Assembly (NCBI GenBank): GCA_030431755.1
Contig: JAUIIK010000001.1
Span: forward strand, 42,184-106,183
Length of the DNA: 64,000 nt
Origin: Chloroflexia bacterium
Lineage (GTDB): Bacteria; Chloroflexota; Chloroflexia; Thermomicrobiales; CFX8
Reading direction: 5' to 3'
Below, piece after piece: positions 25,894 to 35,196 of this stretch (positions are counted from its first letter, which is position 1; every line of letters begins with the position of its first letter). The notes beneath the pieces were generated by a model. The model worked only from the letters and a program-made list of their open reading frames with translations, ran no database searches and was not told where the DNA came from. The position numbers and the translations under genes are program-made.

Positions 25894-27531
25894 TCACGCT
25901 TGCACAAGCGGCAGCAGCGCCGCGAGCAGTCCGGCGAACTCATTGTGATGGCTCCTACGCTGCCGCTCGCCGAGATGCCTCTCGCGGCGCTCGCGCTCGA
26001 CGCCGTGCTCCAGCAGCATGACGATCCAAAACGGGATGAGATAGTCCCGACTGATCTCGAATGCTGCCCGGTAGCGGTCGATCTCTTCGCTGGCGGCCTG
26101 CATCGCGTCGGTATGCTCCGCAGCAGGGCCGAGAAGGGCAAGGAGCCATGCTGCACTATCGTCACGCCCATCGACAGCGCAGCCCCAGTGCAACGTGAAG
26201 TAGAGCAGGTCACAGATCCCTGGCCCGGGAGGCGCGTCCGGCGACGCGTTCTCCCAATCGATCACGCTCAGATGAGCTCCGTCGCGCAGCACGTTCCACG
26301 GTGTGAAATCGCGATGGCGCAACGTTACGCTGAGCGGGTCGTCCACGAGGCGCTCAACACGCTGTCGCGTCGCGTCGACCGTCAGGAGCGCATCTGGGTA
26401 ATGCCTGGCCCACATGGAGCGAACTGCGGCCGGCATGTCGAGCGACCCGGCGAACCAAGCGCGCGCGCTGGCCCGCTCGCTCGGTTCGAGGTGACGATGC
26501 GCACGGCGCAGCCAATGCGCCGCCAGCCGCAGGTCGAGCTGTTTCTCGCCAAAGGCCCGGTTTCGTCTCCAGGCCAGGTCAATGACTCGAGTGCCTGGGG
26601 TCCACGATTCTGTCACGGTGAGCGTTGTCCCGTCCCGCCGTTCCGCAAGCGGCATCGGGACCGCCACCGCCAACTCCTCCGGAAGCATCCTATGAAGATG
26701 CGCTAGTGTCGACTGCTCGCGCGCGATCTGTTCATCGAAGTTCGGGTGGCGTGCTGTCTTCGCCACACGCATGGGCTGCGAGCTCTCGTCCGAAAACCAG
26801 AGCGTCACGACGCGGCTGCCGTCGTCGACACCGCTCGTCATCTGAATTCGGGCCGTTTCGTTCAACTGAGATTCAACGGCACAACGATCAATCCGGCTCA
26901 GGGCTCCTGGTGGTGCCAGGGTGGAGAGGAACTCCACCCCTACGGCGCTCCGGGTGCGGCGACGTTCGGTGCGGCCTTGTACAGCAGGTCCTGCCGTGGG
27001 CGGGAGCTTCCAGGCTACTGTCCCGATCGCGGCTCCCCGTCGCATCGCCAACCGGCTAGCAATGCGTGGGGACCGCGAAAGCATCCACCTGGCAACCTGC
27101 TGAACTGCACTAGCACCGGAGACTAAACTACGCGCGTACCAGGCCATGGTCCGGTCGTCGACCTGAACATAGCGACGAGCGTTCGCCGGGCCGAGGAGCA
27201 GATAGTGCGTGATTGAGACATCCCGTATGTCGGTCTGCTCTATCGGTCCCTCGAAATAGAGCGCCTGGCCCGGCGTCAACAGCGCGCAGGCATCCCGGAA
27301 CGACAACGGCGACCCCGGCAACACGGCCAATGCTTGATACTCGTTCGAGCGACTGGAGATCGGGGCGACATGCCGGGCAATACCGCAATCCACGAGCAGA
27401 TCACCTAGCCCTGCCGGACCGCCCGAAAGGGCGAGGAGGTCGAATTCCGGACCGACCTGCGGACCAAACAGGAAGCGCCAATCAGCGTGCCGTAGCGTCG
27501 ATTCGCCCGTCACCGGACGAGCCCGTGACAT
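25894..27531 (-). CDS. Two-domain protein: N-terminal Rossmann-like (possibly degenerate methyltransferase) region plus C-terminal APH/protein-kinase-like phosphotransferase; WbdD-like chain-terminator candidate
   Basis: Kinase-fold catalytic loop HRDFTPWNVLRDGAHLSVIDWENA..ICDLLYF. N-terminal G-rich segment LLALSGGPAGLG..LLTPGQALYFEG. Last gene of the glycan operon, convergent with wzt. Confidence 0.65.
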   Translation of the reverse strand: MSRARPVTGESTLRHADWRFLFGPQVGPEFDLLALSGGPAGLGDLLVDCGIARHVAPISSRSNEYQALAVLPGSPLSFRDACALLTPGQALYFEGPIEQTDIRDVSITHYLLLGPANARRYVQVDDRTMAWYARSLVSGASAVQQVARWMLSRSPRIASRLAMRRGAAIGTVAWKLPPTAGPAVQGRTERRRTRSAVGVEFLSTLAPPGALSRIDRCAVESQLNETARIQMTSGVDDGSRVVTLWFSDESSQPMRVAKTARHPNFDEQIAREQSTLAHLHRMLPEELAVAVPMPLAERRDGTTLTVTESWTPGTRVIDLAWRRNRAFGEKQLDLRLAAHWLRRAHRHLEPSERASARAWFAGSLDMPAAVRSMWARHYPDALLTVDATRQRVERLVDDPLSVTLRHRDFTPWNVLRDGAHLSVIDWENASPDAPPGPGICDLLYFTLHWGCAVDGRDDSAAWLLALLGPAAEHTDAMQAASEEIDRYRAAFEISRDYLIPFWIVMLLEHGVERERRERHLGERQRRSHHNEFAGLLAALLPLVQA

Positions 27532-28376
27532 GCGCGCGCCAATGCCCCGATACGCCGCGCTCCGCCAACAAGCCGAAGAACGACCTCGAGTTGGAGCAGT
27601 CGCAACTTGCCGTAGTGCTTCCGATAGTAGCGCCGCGCTCCCGTCTGCCAGCGGCGCCAGACGCCGTCAGGGGCATCGGGACTACTCCCACCTCCGACAT
27701 GCGCGACCGTCGCAAACGGCGCGAAATGCACCTCGCGGCCAAACGCCCAGCACCGCGCGCAGTAGTCAGTCTCCTCGTAGTAAAGCGGAAACTGCTCATC
27801 GAAGCCCCCGAGCCGGTCAAATGTCTCCCGCTCGATGAGCAACGCAGCGCCGAGCAGCCAGCGCACTCTCCGTGGACGGCGATGATCCCACCAGCGCACA
27901 GAGAGACGCCCCGCGCCCGGCAGACGAGCAAGCAGCGGGCTCAGCCCGCTTGAATCGATCAACACGTTCAATGGTGTCGGCTCCGGATAGCACGATGGCT
28001 GGAGCGTGCCATCCGGATTGACGATGCGCGGCCCGATGACGGCTGCTTCCGGATGCCGCTTCGCGTATGCCGCAAGCTGGCTGACCGTGCCAGGCTCGGA
28101 CACGGTGTCGGGATTGAGCAGCAGCGCATACGGGGTGGTGGTCTCGCGAATACCCTGGTTGGCCGCCGGTCCGTAGCCGCGGTTGCGCCCGTTCAAGATA
28201 GCCCGTACCTGAGGGAACTCCGTGCCTAGCATCTCGATCGTGCCGTCAGTAGATGCATTGTCGACGACGACCAATTGAGCGAGGCCCTGACCTCCGAGCG
28301 CGGCAAGGCAGCGCCGAAGGTGATCGCGGGAGTTGTAGCTGACGATGCAAGCTGCGACCGGGTACAGCGCGCTCAT
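27510..28376 (-). CDS. Glycosyltransferase family 2
   Basis: CIVSYNSRDHLRRCLAAL..VVVDNASTDGT and a DxD-type region (LLNPDT). 288 aa. ATGA overlap with the upstream gene. Confidence 0.85.
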   Translation of the reverse strand: MSALYPVAACIVSYNSRDHLRRCLAALGGQGLAQLVVVDNASTDGTIEMLGTEFPQVRAILNGRNRGYGPAANQGIRETTTPYALLLNPDTVSEPGTVSQLAAYAKRHPEAAVIGPRIVNPDGTLQPSCYPEPTPLNVLIDSSGLSPLLARLPGAGRLSVRWWDHRRPRRVRWLLGAALLIERETFDRLGGFDEQFPLYYEETDYCARCWAFGREVHFAPFATVAHVGGGSSPDAPDGVWRRWQTGARRYYRKHYGKLRLLQLEVVLRLVGGARRIGALARACHGLVR

Positions 28377-30253
28377 TCGCTAGAGTTGAAGGCGGTGCTA
28401 TCGAGTGGTTCGCTCAGCACGAGAATTGTCGCGTCATCGGTATCGAGCACAGCGCGGAACTCGCCCGACTCGAGCAGTTCATCAACCAGATGATCCAGCG
28501 CGCCGGTCTCCAGCCCGTAGAAGATATCAACCGCCGCGCTCGTTGCCCGCGTGACGACGAAATAGACCTCATTCCGGTTCGTCTCGCGGACCTCGCGCAT
28601 GTAGGTAGCGATCTGGTCGGGGTCGCCCTCGCGGATCATACGCGCCGGGATGACGCGCTCGCTAAGATCCTCGTAGCGCTCGGCCTTCCAGGGCACGCTC
28701 GGCCCGCCGGCCACCAACACCGCGCCCTCGGGCGCTTCGGCATAGAGATACGCAATCGCAGCCACCTCCTCGGCGGTGTAGTAGTCCATGCGCTCGTTTC
28801 CGAAGCGCGCGAAGAGAAATCCGCCGAACAAGACGAGACTGAGCGCTCCAGCAACGAGCGAGGTCCGCAGCTGAGTCTGCCCCGGACGCGCGTAGATCGC
28901 GAGCGCGGCCAGCAACGCCAGGCCCGGCAACGCGAAGAAGAAGGCACGCAGCACGCCCTCGCCGCCGTAGGCCTGCAAGCCCAGGATGACGACCGGCGCG
29001 CCCGCCAGCAGGATTGGGACGATATCCCAGCGACCGGAGCAAACCCGCATCACGATGCCGATCCCGGCCAGGATGATGTAGGCGACGGCCATCACGAGCC
29101 GCATCTGGACGACGAAGACATGCTCCCGGCTGCCGCTGACCCGGCCGGCGACGCCGGCATTCACGTTGCCGCTCAACTGGCCGACGCCACTAGCAACACC
29201 TTCGAGGTGCCCCAGCAAGAACGGCACAGTCGCGAAGGCGATCCAGCTTCCGACGACCAGCCCGGCATAGAGCGCGATGCCGGTTGGCTGAATCCGCCGG
29301 AAGATCACCAGTGCGCCGAGCATGATGACCAACGCCACCGGCGTGAGCTGGTGGCTCGGGGCCATCGCGGCAATGATCAGCAGCGTTGCCAGCATGAGCC
29401 CGACACGCTGCCACGGTCCGGCCAGGCCGGTGTCGCCGTCGATCTCACTCGCCGCTGCGAGCTGCCGCGAAACCACGGGAAAGCGCTCCAGATGAGCGGC
29501 CGTCCAGGCCCGGAATCTGCTCGGCTCGGCGCTCAGGGGCATCGGGAACCAGTGCAGAAGGATGGCCAGGACCGACAGATAGAGCAAATAGTCCAACGCT
29601 TGCGGCGCGAAGTAATCCTGGCCAATCCAGTTGCCGAGGTAGAAGAGCCAGATCCCGAACCAGCGCGCCCGCTCGTCGCGGACGATGGACTTGAAGATGA
29701 CATACAGCGGCGCAAGATAGAGCGCGTTGAAGACGAGCGAGGCCCAGCCGGCCAACGCTGACGGGTCATCGACGCCGGTCAGTTCGGTGAGCAGCGCCGC
29801 GAGGATAAATGCGCCCGGCCAGCTGAAGTAGGCATCGAGTCGTGTGTCGAGCTGTTCATTGCGGATGATGTACTCGGTAATCCCGATGTGTTTCCAGGTC
29901 GCTGCAAAGCGCGGCGCTTCCTCAACCGCCGAGGTCGTCGCAAAGAGAATCACGATCATCGCCGCAATATGTAGAAAGACCGCAACTTGAGAGACCTTTG
30001 CGCCGCGGAGCGACGATACAAAGCCACAGGTGAGCGTCGCAAACGCCGCGTAGTACAGCACCGGCAGCACCGACACCAGGCCGAGGTCGTTCATCCCCTC
30101 GACCGAGATGCGGTCGAGCGAGAGCGCCCAGAGGACCAGCGCCAGCGGCGGAAACGCAAGCTCTACCGGAGGCAGGCGCAACCAGCCGCTGCGGCCACGC
30201 AACGCACTGGAGAATCTGCGTTCGCCTGGTTCTAGTCGAACGGATTCAGCCAT
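28373..30253 (-). CDS. Large polytopic membrane protein with C-terminal soluble domain (polymerase or GT-C-like candidate)
   Basis: 626 aa, about 14 hydrophobic segments, then a ~130-aa hydrophilic tail (YYTAEEVAAIAYLYAEAPEGAVLVAGG..). Embedded in the glycan operon. No named family recognised by eye. Confidence 0.65.
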   Translation of the reverse strand: MAESVRLEPGERRFSSALRGRSGWLRLPPVELAFPPLALVLWALSLDRISVEGMNDLGLVSVLPVLYYAAFATLTCGFVSSLRGAKVSQVAVFLHIAAMIVILFATTSAVEEAPRFAATWKHIGITEYIIRNEQLDTRLDAYFSWPGAFILAALLTELTGVDDPSALAGWASLVFNALYLAPLYVIFKSIVRDERARWFGIWLFYLGNWIGQDYFAPQALDYLLYLSVLAILLHWFPMPLSAEPSRFRAWTAAHLERFPVVSRQLAAASEIDGDTGLAGPWQRVGLMLATLLIIAAMAPSHQLTPVALVIMLGALVIFRRIQPTGIALYAGLVVGSWIAFATVPFLLGHLEGVASGVGQLSGNVNAGVAGRVSGSREHVFVVQMRLVMAVAYIILAGIGIVMRVCSGRWDIVPILLAGAPVVILGLQAYGGEGVLRAFFFALPGLALLAALAIYARPGQTQLRTSLVAGALSLVLFGGFLFARFGNERMDYYTAEEVAAIAYLYAEAPEGAVLVAGGPSVPWKAERYEDLSERVIPARMIREGDPDQIATYMREVRETNRNEVYFVVTRATSAAVDIFYGLETGALDHLVDELLESGEFRAVLDTDDATILVLSEPLDSTAFNSSE

Positions 30254-30363
30254 CGTCCCTATCCGTTGAACGCTCCGCCACCTGCGCCACCAGCCAACGC
30301 AGCGAGGCCAGCATCATTCGATGACAATACGCACGTTCTGTAATAGTAATACAGTGCATACGA

Positions 30364-31383
30364 TCATCGCGCCGCAAAGGTCCGTTGCGCCAGCCGCTCC
30401 ACCAGCGGTTTCGGAGCTGCACCGGCGGCGGCGAACCAGGCCGCGAACCCGGCCCTCCGCCAGACCGGTGCGTCGTCACGCCGCTTCGCCGCCCATATGC
30501 CGGATGAAACGAGTGACGCGCGCGAGTCATGCCGGCGTGGATGCCCTTCCGGATCAAGCCGGAGCGACACCAGCCGGGCTGCCAGATCCGTCACCGAGAG
30601 CTGCCCACGGCCATCGCCGGCGTCCGGATCGAGACCCAGCTCGCAGGCCCGCCGGCGAACATGCGCGTCCCCGGCTTGATTGCGTTCGATGAGCCCACGC
30701 AGCGCAGCAAGATCAAGCGACGTCCGGTGGTGGGCATTCCCACCATGCACACGGTAGCGCCCGAGAACCTGATCGAGCGAGACGACGTCGCCGTAGAGCG
30801 GGGTGAGATTCAGCAGGTAGAGATCAGCGAGTACCGCGCCATACTCGGCCTCCGGGATCGGCAGTATCCGCTCGAGCACGCGCCGCCGATAGGCGTTGCC
30901 ACTCATCGGCGGACAGCGGACGTCGTGTGGATAACGGAGGATCTCCGAGCGGAGGTCGCCGTCAGGCATACGCCTGTGCTGAGGCGGGGTCGTGCCCGGC
31001 AGCGACACGCCGTTCCCATCGACATGGCCAAGCCGAAACTGCACCCGCGCCGCGTCCGGGCGCTCGGCAAACGCCTGCGCGACGAGCCCGGCCGCGTGCG
31101 GCTCCAGCCAGTCGTCGGCATCGAGAAAGTGCACGACATCGCCACGGGCCAGCCTGAAGCCAGTGTTGACGGCCGCGGCCTGGCCCGCGTTCGAGCGCTG
31201 GCGCGCGGCTTGAATCGAGCTGCCGTATGACTCGATCGTGGTCCAAGATTCGTCAGTCGATGCATCATCAACGACAACGACCTCAACATCGACGCCCTGC
31301 TGCCCGAGCGCGCTCTCGATAGCATCCGGTAGATAGCGGGCGTAGTTGTAGTTCGAGATGATGATGCTGACTGCCGCCTTCAT
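30364..31383 (-). CDS. Glycosyltransferase family 2
   Basis: MKAAVSIIISNYNYARYLPDAIESALGQ..VEVVVVDDASTDES, DADD motif. ATG 31383 forms an ATGA overlap with the flippase stop. The 35-aa Arg-rich extension to 31488 is rejected. Confidence 0.85.
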   Translation of the reverse strand: MKAAVSIIISNYNYARYLPDAIESALGQQGVDVEVVVVDDASTDESWTTIESYGSSIQAARQRSNAGQAAAVNTGFRLARGDVVHFLDADDWLEPHAAGLVAQAFAERPDAARVQFRLGHVDGNGVSLPGTTPPQHRRMPDGDLRSEILRYPHDVRCPPMSGNAYRRRVLERILPIPEAEYGAVLADLYLLNLTPLYGDVVSLDQVLGRYRVHGGNAHHRTSLDLAALRGLIERNQAGDAHVRRRACELGLDPDAGDGRGQLSVTDLAARLVSLRLDPEGHPRRHDSRASLVSSGIWAAKRRDDAPVWRRAGFAAWFAAAGAAPKPLVERLAQRTFAAR

Positions 31384-32798
31384 GGCAGCCGGCTCGAAGG
31401 CTCCGGATGCAATGCCGGCGAACTCGCGGCCCGCGTTCGCGTGAGCATGGGACTGAGCCGAAGCGCCGCGACCACCGCGCCGACGCATTGGGCGATCAGC
31501 CAGAATGCAGCGACGCCGACAAGCCCAAACTCAAGCGCGCCAAACGCCGCGCCGGCCAGGGAAAGGAAGCTGATGCCGCCGGCCACGATTGCAGGTTCCG
31601 TCAGATCGCGGGTGGCGCGCCGGACGGCAACATAGGTCTCGATGAAGGTGCGTGGAAGAACACCCAGCGCCACGAGCCGCAACGCAGCCGCGCCCTCACG
31701 CGCATAGTCTGCGCCCATGATCGAAAGCAGGAGATCGGCGCTAACGATGAGCACAAGCGCGACAGGCACGCCGATTGCAAGCGCAGTCGTTACGCTCTTC
31801 CGCACGCTCACGTCGACGCTCCGGCGGTTCGCGGCGGCCTGGGAGAAGAGCGCCTGGGCACTCGCGCTTGGCACGACCATCACCAGGACGCCAAACATCC
31901 ACACCGCATACCAGTAGGCCGCCGCGCTCGCCCCGAGCAGCTCCGCGACCAGGATCGGCAGTATCCAGATCTGCGCGAGCAGCGCCAGCGATAGCCGGTA
32001 GTTCGGCAGCCCGATTGAGAGCATCACCTTCATCGTCCTGCGCCGGAACTTCGGTAGCAACGTGAGCTTCGGCAGATGCCATGTCAATTGCACGATGCCC
32101 AGAACGTTCGAGAGCAGCAACGCGACAGACCAGGCGAGCATGATCGCCGCGACGCCGTCCGTCGACGACGCCAGGGCGGCGGCCGCGAGAACGGCGACGC
32201 TAACGACACCCTGCACTGCGCTGCGCACGACGATGCGCTCGGCGCGCCGTACGGCGAGCAACACGGCGTCGATTGCGACCGATAGTGTCCAGAGCAGGCT
32301 CAACAAGACGAACCCGGCGGCATAGCCGGGCTCTCGCGCGAGCGCCGCCATGTCGTCCAGCACAACTGAAGCGGTCAGCAGGAATGCAGTGTTAACAACC
32401 AGCGCGGCAAGCAGCACCGTCGAGAAGAAGGTGCGCATGAGGCCGGACGAATGCCGGCGGACACCAGGCAGCATCGTGATGACCGCAGCGTTGAGCCCAA
32501 GCAGGGCGAGCTGCGCCGAGAGCCGCATCGCCGACGTTGCGCCAGCGCCGAGCCCAACCGCGTCGGCTTCAAATAGCCGCGCGGCAAGCAACCAGAATGG
32601 GTAACCGAGCGCTGCCGAGAGCATGACGTTCAGCATGAGTGCGAGTGCATTGGCCCGCATCGGAAGTGCCCGGTAGTCGATGTCTCCACGGGCACGCCAG
32701 ATCAATCCACGCCAGCCGTCGTCGAGGAGCTCGCTCAGCTCATCCAGCGCGCCCTGGACGAAACCCGTCGCGGCGCGGCTGCGGCGCCGCAGGTTCAT
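31380..32798 (-). CDS. MOP-superfamily oligosaccharide flippase-like protein (Wzx-like)
   Basis: 472 aa, about 12-14 TM segments, typical polysaccharide-biosynthesis-protein topology. ATGA overlaps on both sides. Confidence 0.7.
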   Translation of the reverse strand: MNLRRRSRAATGFVQGALDELSELLDDGWRGLIWRARGDIDYRALPMRANALALMLNVMLSAALGYPFWLLAARLFEADAVGLGAGATSAMRLSAQLALLGLNAAVITMLPGVRRHSSGLMRTFFSTVLLAALVVNTAFLLTASVVLDDMAALAREPGYAAGFVLLSLLWTLSVAIDAVLLAVRRAERIVVRSAVQGVVSVAVLAAAALASSTDGVAAIMLAWSVALLLSNVLGIVQLTWHLPKLTLLPKFRRRTMKVMLSIGLPNYRLSLALLAQIWILPILVAELLGASAAAYWYAVWMFGVLVMVVPSASAQALFSQAAANRRSVDVSVRKSVTTALAIGVPVALVLIVSADLLLSIMGADYAREGAAALRLVALGVLPRTFIETYVAVRRATRDLTEPAIVAGGISFLSLAGAAFGALEFGLVGVAAFWLIAQCVGAVVAALRLSPMLTRTRAASSPALHPEPSSRLP

Positions 32799-34024
32799 GC
32801 TGCCCGTCCTTGCGCCAGGAGGTCTTGGTAGACGGTTTCAGTTGCAAGCACTGCTCGCTCTTCGCTGAACATCGCCGCCGTCCGGCGCGCGCCGGCAGCA
32901 AGCCGCGCCCGCAAGGCCTCGTCACCGGCAATATGAGCGAGCGCAGCCGCCAGCGCAACCGGATCGTCGGGCGGCGCCAGTAGGCCGTTATCGCCATCGT
33001 TGACGACATCGGGAATTCCGCCCACGCGCGAGGCGACAACCGGCTTGCCGGCGTTCATCGCTTCAAGCAGCACCAGGCCGAACGGCTCAGCCCAGACCGA
33101 CGGGACGACCCCGGCCAGCGCCCGTTGCCAGGCGAGCTGGACGGCGTCGTTGGGCCATTCGCCAAGATTGACGGCACGGGCAGGCAGATCCGCCAGTCCA
33201 GCGTCCCAGGTCTTGCCAATCAACACCAGCGGCGGACGAGACTCATCGAGTCTAGCATAGGCGTCGAGGAGTACGCCGATGCCCTTGTCGCGCCTGAAAT
33301 CGCCGACAAACAGGAAGTACGGCCTTTCTGGCAAGCGCTCGTAGTAGTCGGAGTAGTCATGGTTTCCAATGGCAGGTTGCGTGATGAAGTTGGGAATGAC
33401 CGACACGTTGCGCCGATCTGCGATCTGGTTGCCCTGCACCGTAGCCGAGCTCACCGCAATGAAGTGATCGACCAGCTTCCGCTCGGCTAGCGTGCCGGCG
33501 CGGTGCAGGGCCAGCGCGACCGGCCCTTTGGCCGTGCCATAGTGCTCCACCGAGCACGCAAGGCAGCGCAGCGCGTCGGGCCCGGCACATGGCGCATCGT
33601 GCCTCATCAAGGTCTTCTTCGCACATGCCGCCGTGTAGTAGTGGAGTGACATAACAAGCTTCGCGGGGAACAGCGGCTTTAACGGCAGGTACGACCGCGC
33701 CAGCCATTCGTGGCCGTGGACGACATCGGGCTTGAACCGCCGCACAATCCGCGCAAGCGTCTGAGTGGCGAGCGGATCAGGGGCTGGCGGTGCCCAGCGC
33801 CGTTGTGTATGCGCGTGCAACCCGTTCGCGCGCTGCGCCAACCCCTGCAGACGCACCACCCGTACTGGACCATCAAGCTCGTGCGCCGGGCGCTCCGGGT
33901 GGGCAAGCGTGGCGACGACGACCTGGTGTCCTCGCCGGGCGAGCGCGTGACTGAGGCCGCGCACATGCTGTTCGACGCCGCCAACATAGGGATGATAGAA
34001 GTCCGCGATCATTAGGACACGCAT
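32795..34024 (-). CDS. Glycosyltransferase family 4 (GT-B) with a four-Cys insertion
   Basis: MRVLMIADFYHPYVGGVEQH.. N-terminus and a C-terminal EPFGLVLLEAMNAGKPVVASRVGGIPDVV (EX7E-type) motif. Cys cluster C-x11-C-x7-C-x2-C at about 33554-33625. Confidence 0.85.
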   Translation of the reverse strand: MRVLMIADFYHPYVGGVEQHVRGLSHALARRGHQVVVATLAHPERPAHELDGPVRVVRLQGLAQRANGLHAHTQRRWAPPAPDPLATQTLARIVRRFKPDVVHGHEWLARSYLPLKPLFPAKLVMSLHYYTAACAKKTLMRHDAPCAGPDALRCLACSVEHYGTAKGPVALALHRAGTLAERKLVDHFIAVSSATVQGNQIADRRNVSVIPNFITQPAIGNHDYSDYYERLPERPYFLFVGDFRRDKGIGVLLDAYARLDESRPPLVLIGKTWDAGLADLPARAVNLGEWPNDAVQLAWQRALAGVVPSVWAEPFGLVLLEAMNAGKPVVASRVGGIPDVVNDGDNGLLAPPDDPVALAAALAHIAGDEALRARLAAGARRTAAMFSEERAVLATETVYQDLLAQGRAA

Positions 34025-35196
34025 TGACGCTCCGCCGCGATCTCGTAGTAGAGCTGCTCGAGCTCGGCCGTGCAGCCTTCCCATGTTGGCAGTTCGAACT
34101 CCGCCGTCATCTCCGGCGCGTCGATGCGCTCGATGATCGCCGCGGCGACAGCTTCGGGCGAGCTACCCGGCGGAATCGTGCGCACCGGCGGGTAGCGCCC
34201 AAACTGGGCCAGGCCGGAGGTGTCCGCCACGAGCACCTTGGAGCCACAGGTGAGGGCCTCCAACACGGCGATCGGATAGGCTTCGTAGTCGCTCAGCGCC
34301 GTGACGACGTCGGCCGACCCAAGCAGCCGCGCCATGCCTTCGCGGTCGTCGTGTGGAACTCGCGCGATCTGTACGCGGCCGCCAACGCCAAGCTCGTGAG
34401 CAAGCTCCCGCAGCTTGTGCCCGTATGGTCCCGCCCCGGCAATCCTCAGCTGGACGTCCGGGTAGACCTTCGCTACGTGGGGCAGGGCCTCGATAACTCG
34501 CTGGTGTCCCTTGTAGCGTTCGAGCCTCCCGGGCGACACGATTAGTGTGTGGTCAACGGCTGCCTGCCGAGCGGAGTCGGGGATGCGGGCAACCGAGTCC
34601 GCCCCATTCAGAATGACTGTGAAGTCGTCGCGCGGGATATCGAGCTCGCGGCTAAAGTGATCGGCCTCGAATTCCGAGACGCCAACGAGCCGGTCGGCCC
34701 GGGCAATCAGGGGCCGCAGCATCCGCCACTGCACGGGCCGCGCCAACACCCGCAGCCGCGACGAGTGGCCGCCGCTGTGAAAGGTAACCACATAGGGGAT
34801 GTCATGCTGTCTGGCTGCGAGCATCGCCGCCGGCGCAACGAACGTGTGATAGCCCTGACAGTGCACGACATCCCAGTCCCGGGCAGTCACAAAGTCGTAG
34901 ATTTGCGGCGCGATGTAGAGATCGAGATTCGATAGGAGCGTTGGCACACGGATCACCCGCACGCCATCGATGATCTCGCGCGAGGGCACGTCATCGCCTG
35001 GATCGGTCGTCAGGACGGCGACCTCGTGGCCGCGCGCGGCGAGCCTCCGGCCAACCTCGTAGACGTGCGTCTCTGTGCCGCCGACAAGCGGCTGGAAACG
35101 CGCCGAGACCATTGCGATGCGCAATGGACGCTGCCGGCATTGCGCCTCCGGCTGTGCCTGCTCCCGTGGAGCAAGGTCAAGAACTGAGGTAGCCAT
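34012..35196 (-). CDS. Glycosyltransferase family 4 (GT-B)
   Basis: LRIAMVSARFQPLVGGTETHVYEV.. and EAYPIAVLEALTCGSKVLVADTSGL motifs. 394 aa. Confidence 0.85.
   Translation of the reverse strand: MATSVLDLAPREQAQPEAQCRQRPLRIAMVSARFQPLVGGTETHVYEVGRRLAARGHEVAVLTTDPGDDVPSREIIDGVRVIRVPTLLSNLDLYIAPQIYDFVTARDWDVVHCQGYHTFVAPAAMLAARQHDIPYVVTFHSGGHSSRLRVLARPVQWRMLRPLIARADRLVGVSEFEADHFSRELDIPRDDFTVILNGADSVARIPDSARQAAVDHTLIVSPGRLERYKGHQRVIEALPHVAKVYPDVQLRIAGAGPYGHKLRELAHELGVGGRVQIARVPHDDREGMARLLGSADVVTALSDYEAYPIAVLEALTCGSKVLVADTSGLAQFGRYPPVRTIPPGSSPEAVAAAIIERIDAPEMTAEFELPTWEGCTAELEQLYYEIAAERQCVS

Noticed and set aside
28490-29761. 423-aa plus-strand ORF opposite the 626-aa membrane protein
   Set aside because: Hydrophilic Arg/Asp/Gln-rich shadow frame. 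The minus-strand frame gives regular TM helices and ATGA coupling on both sides.
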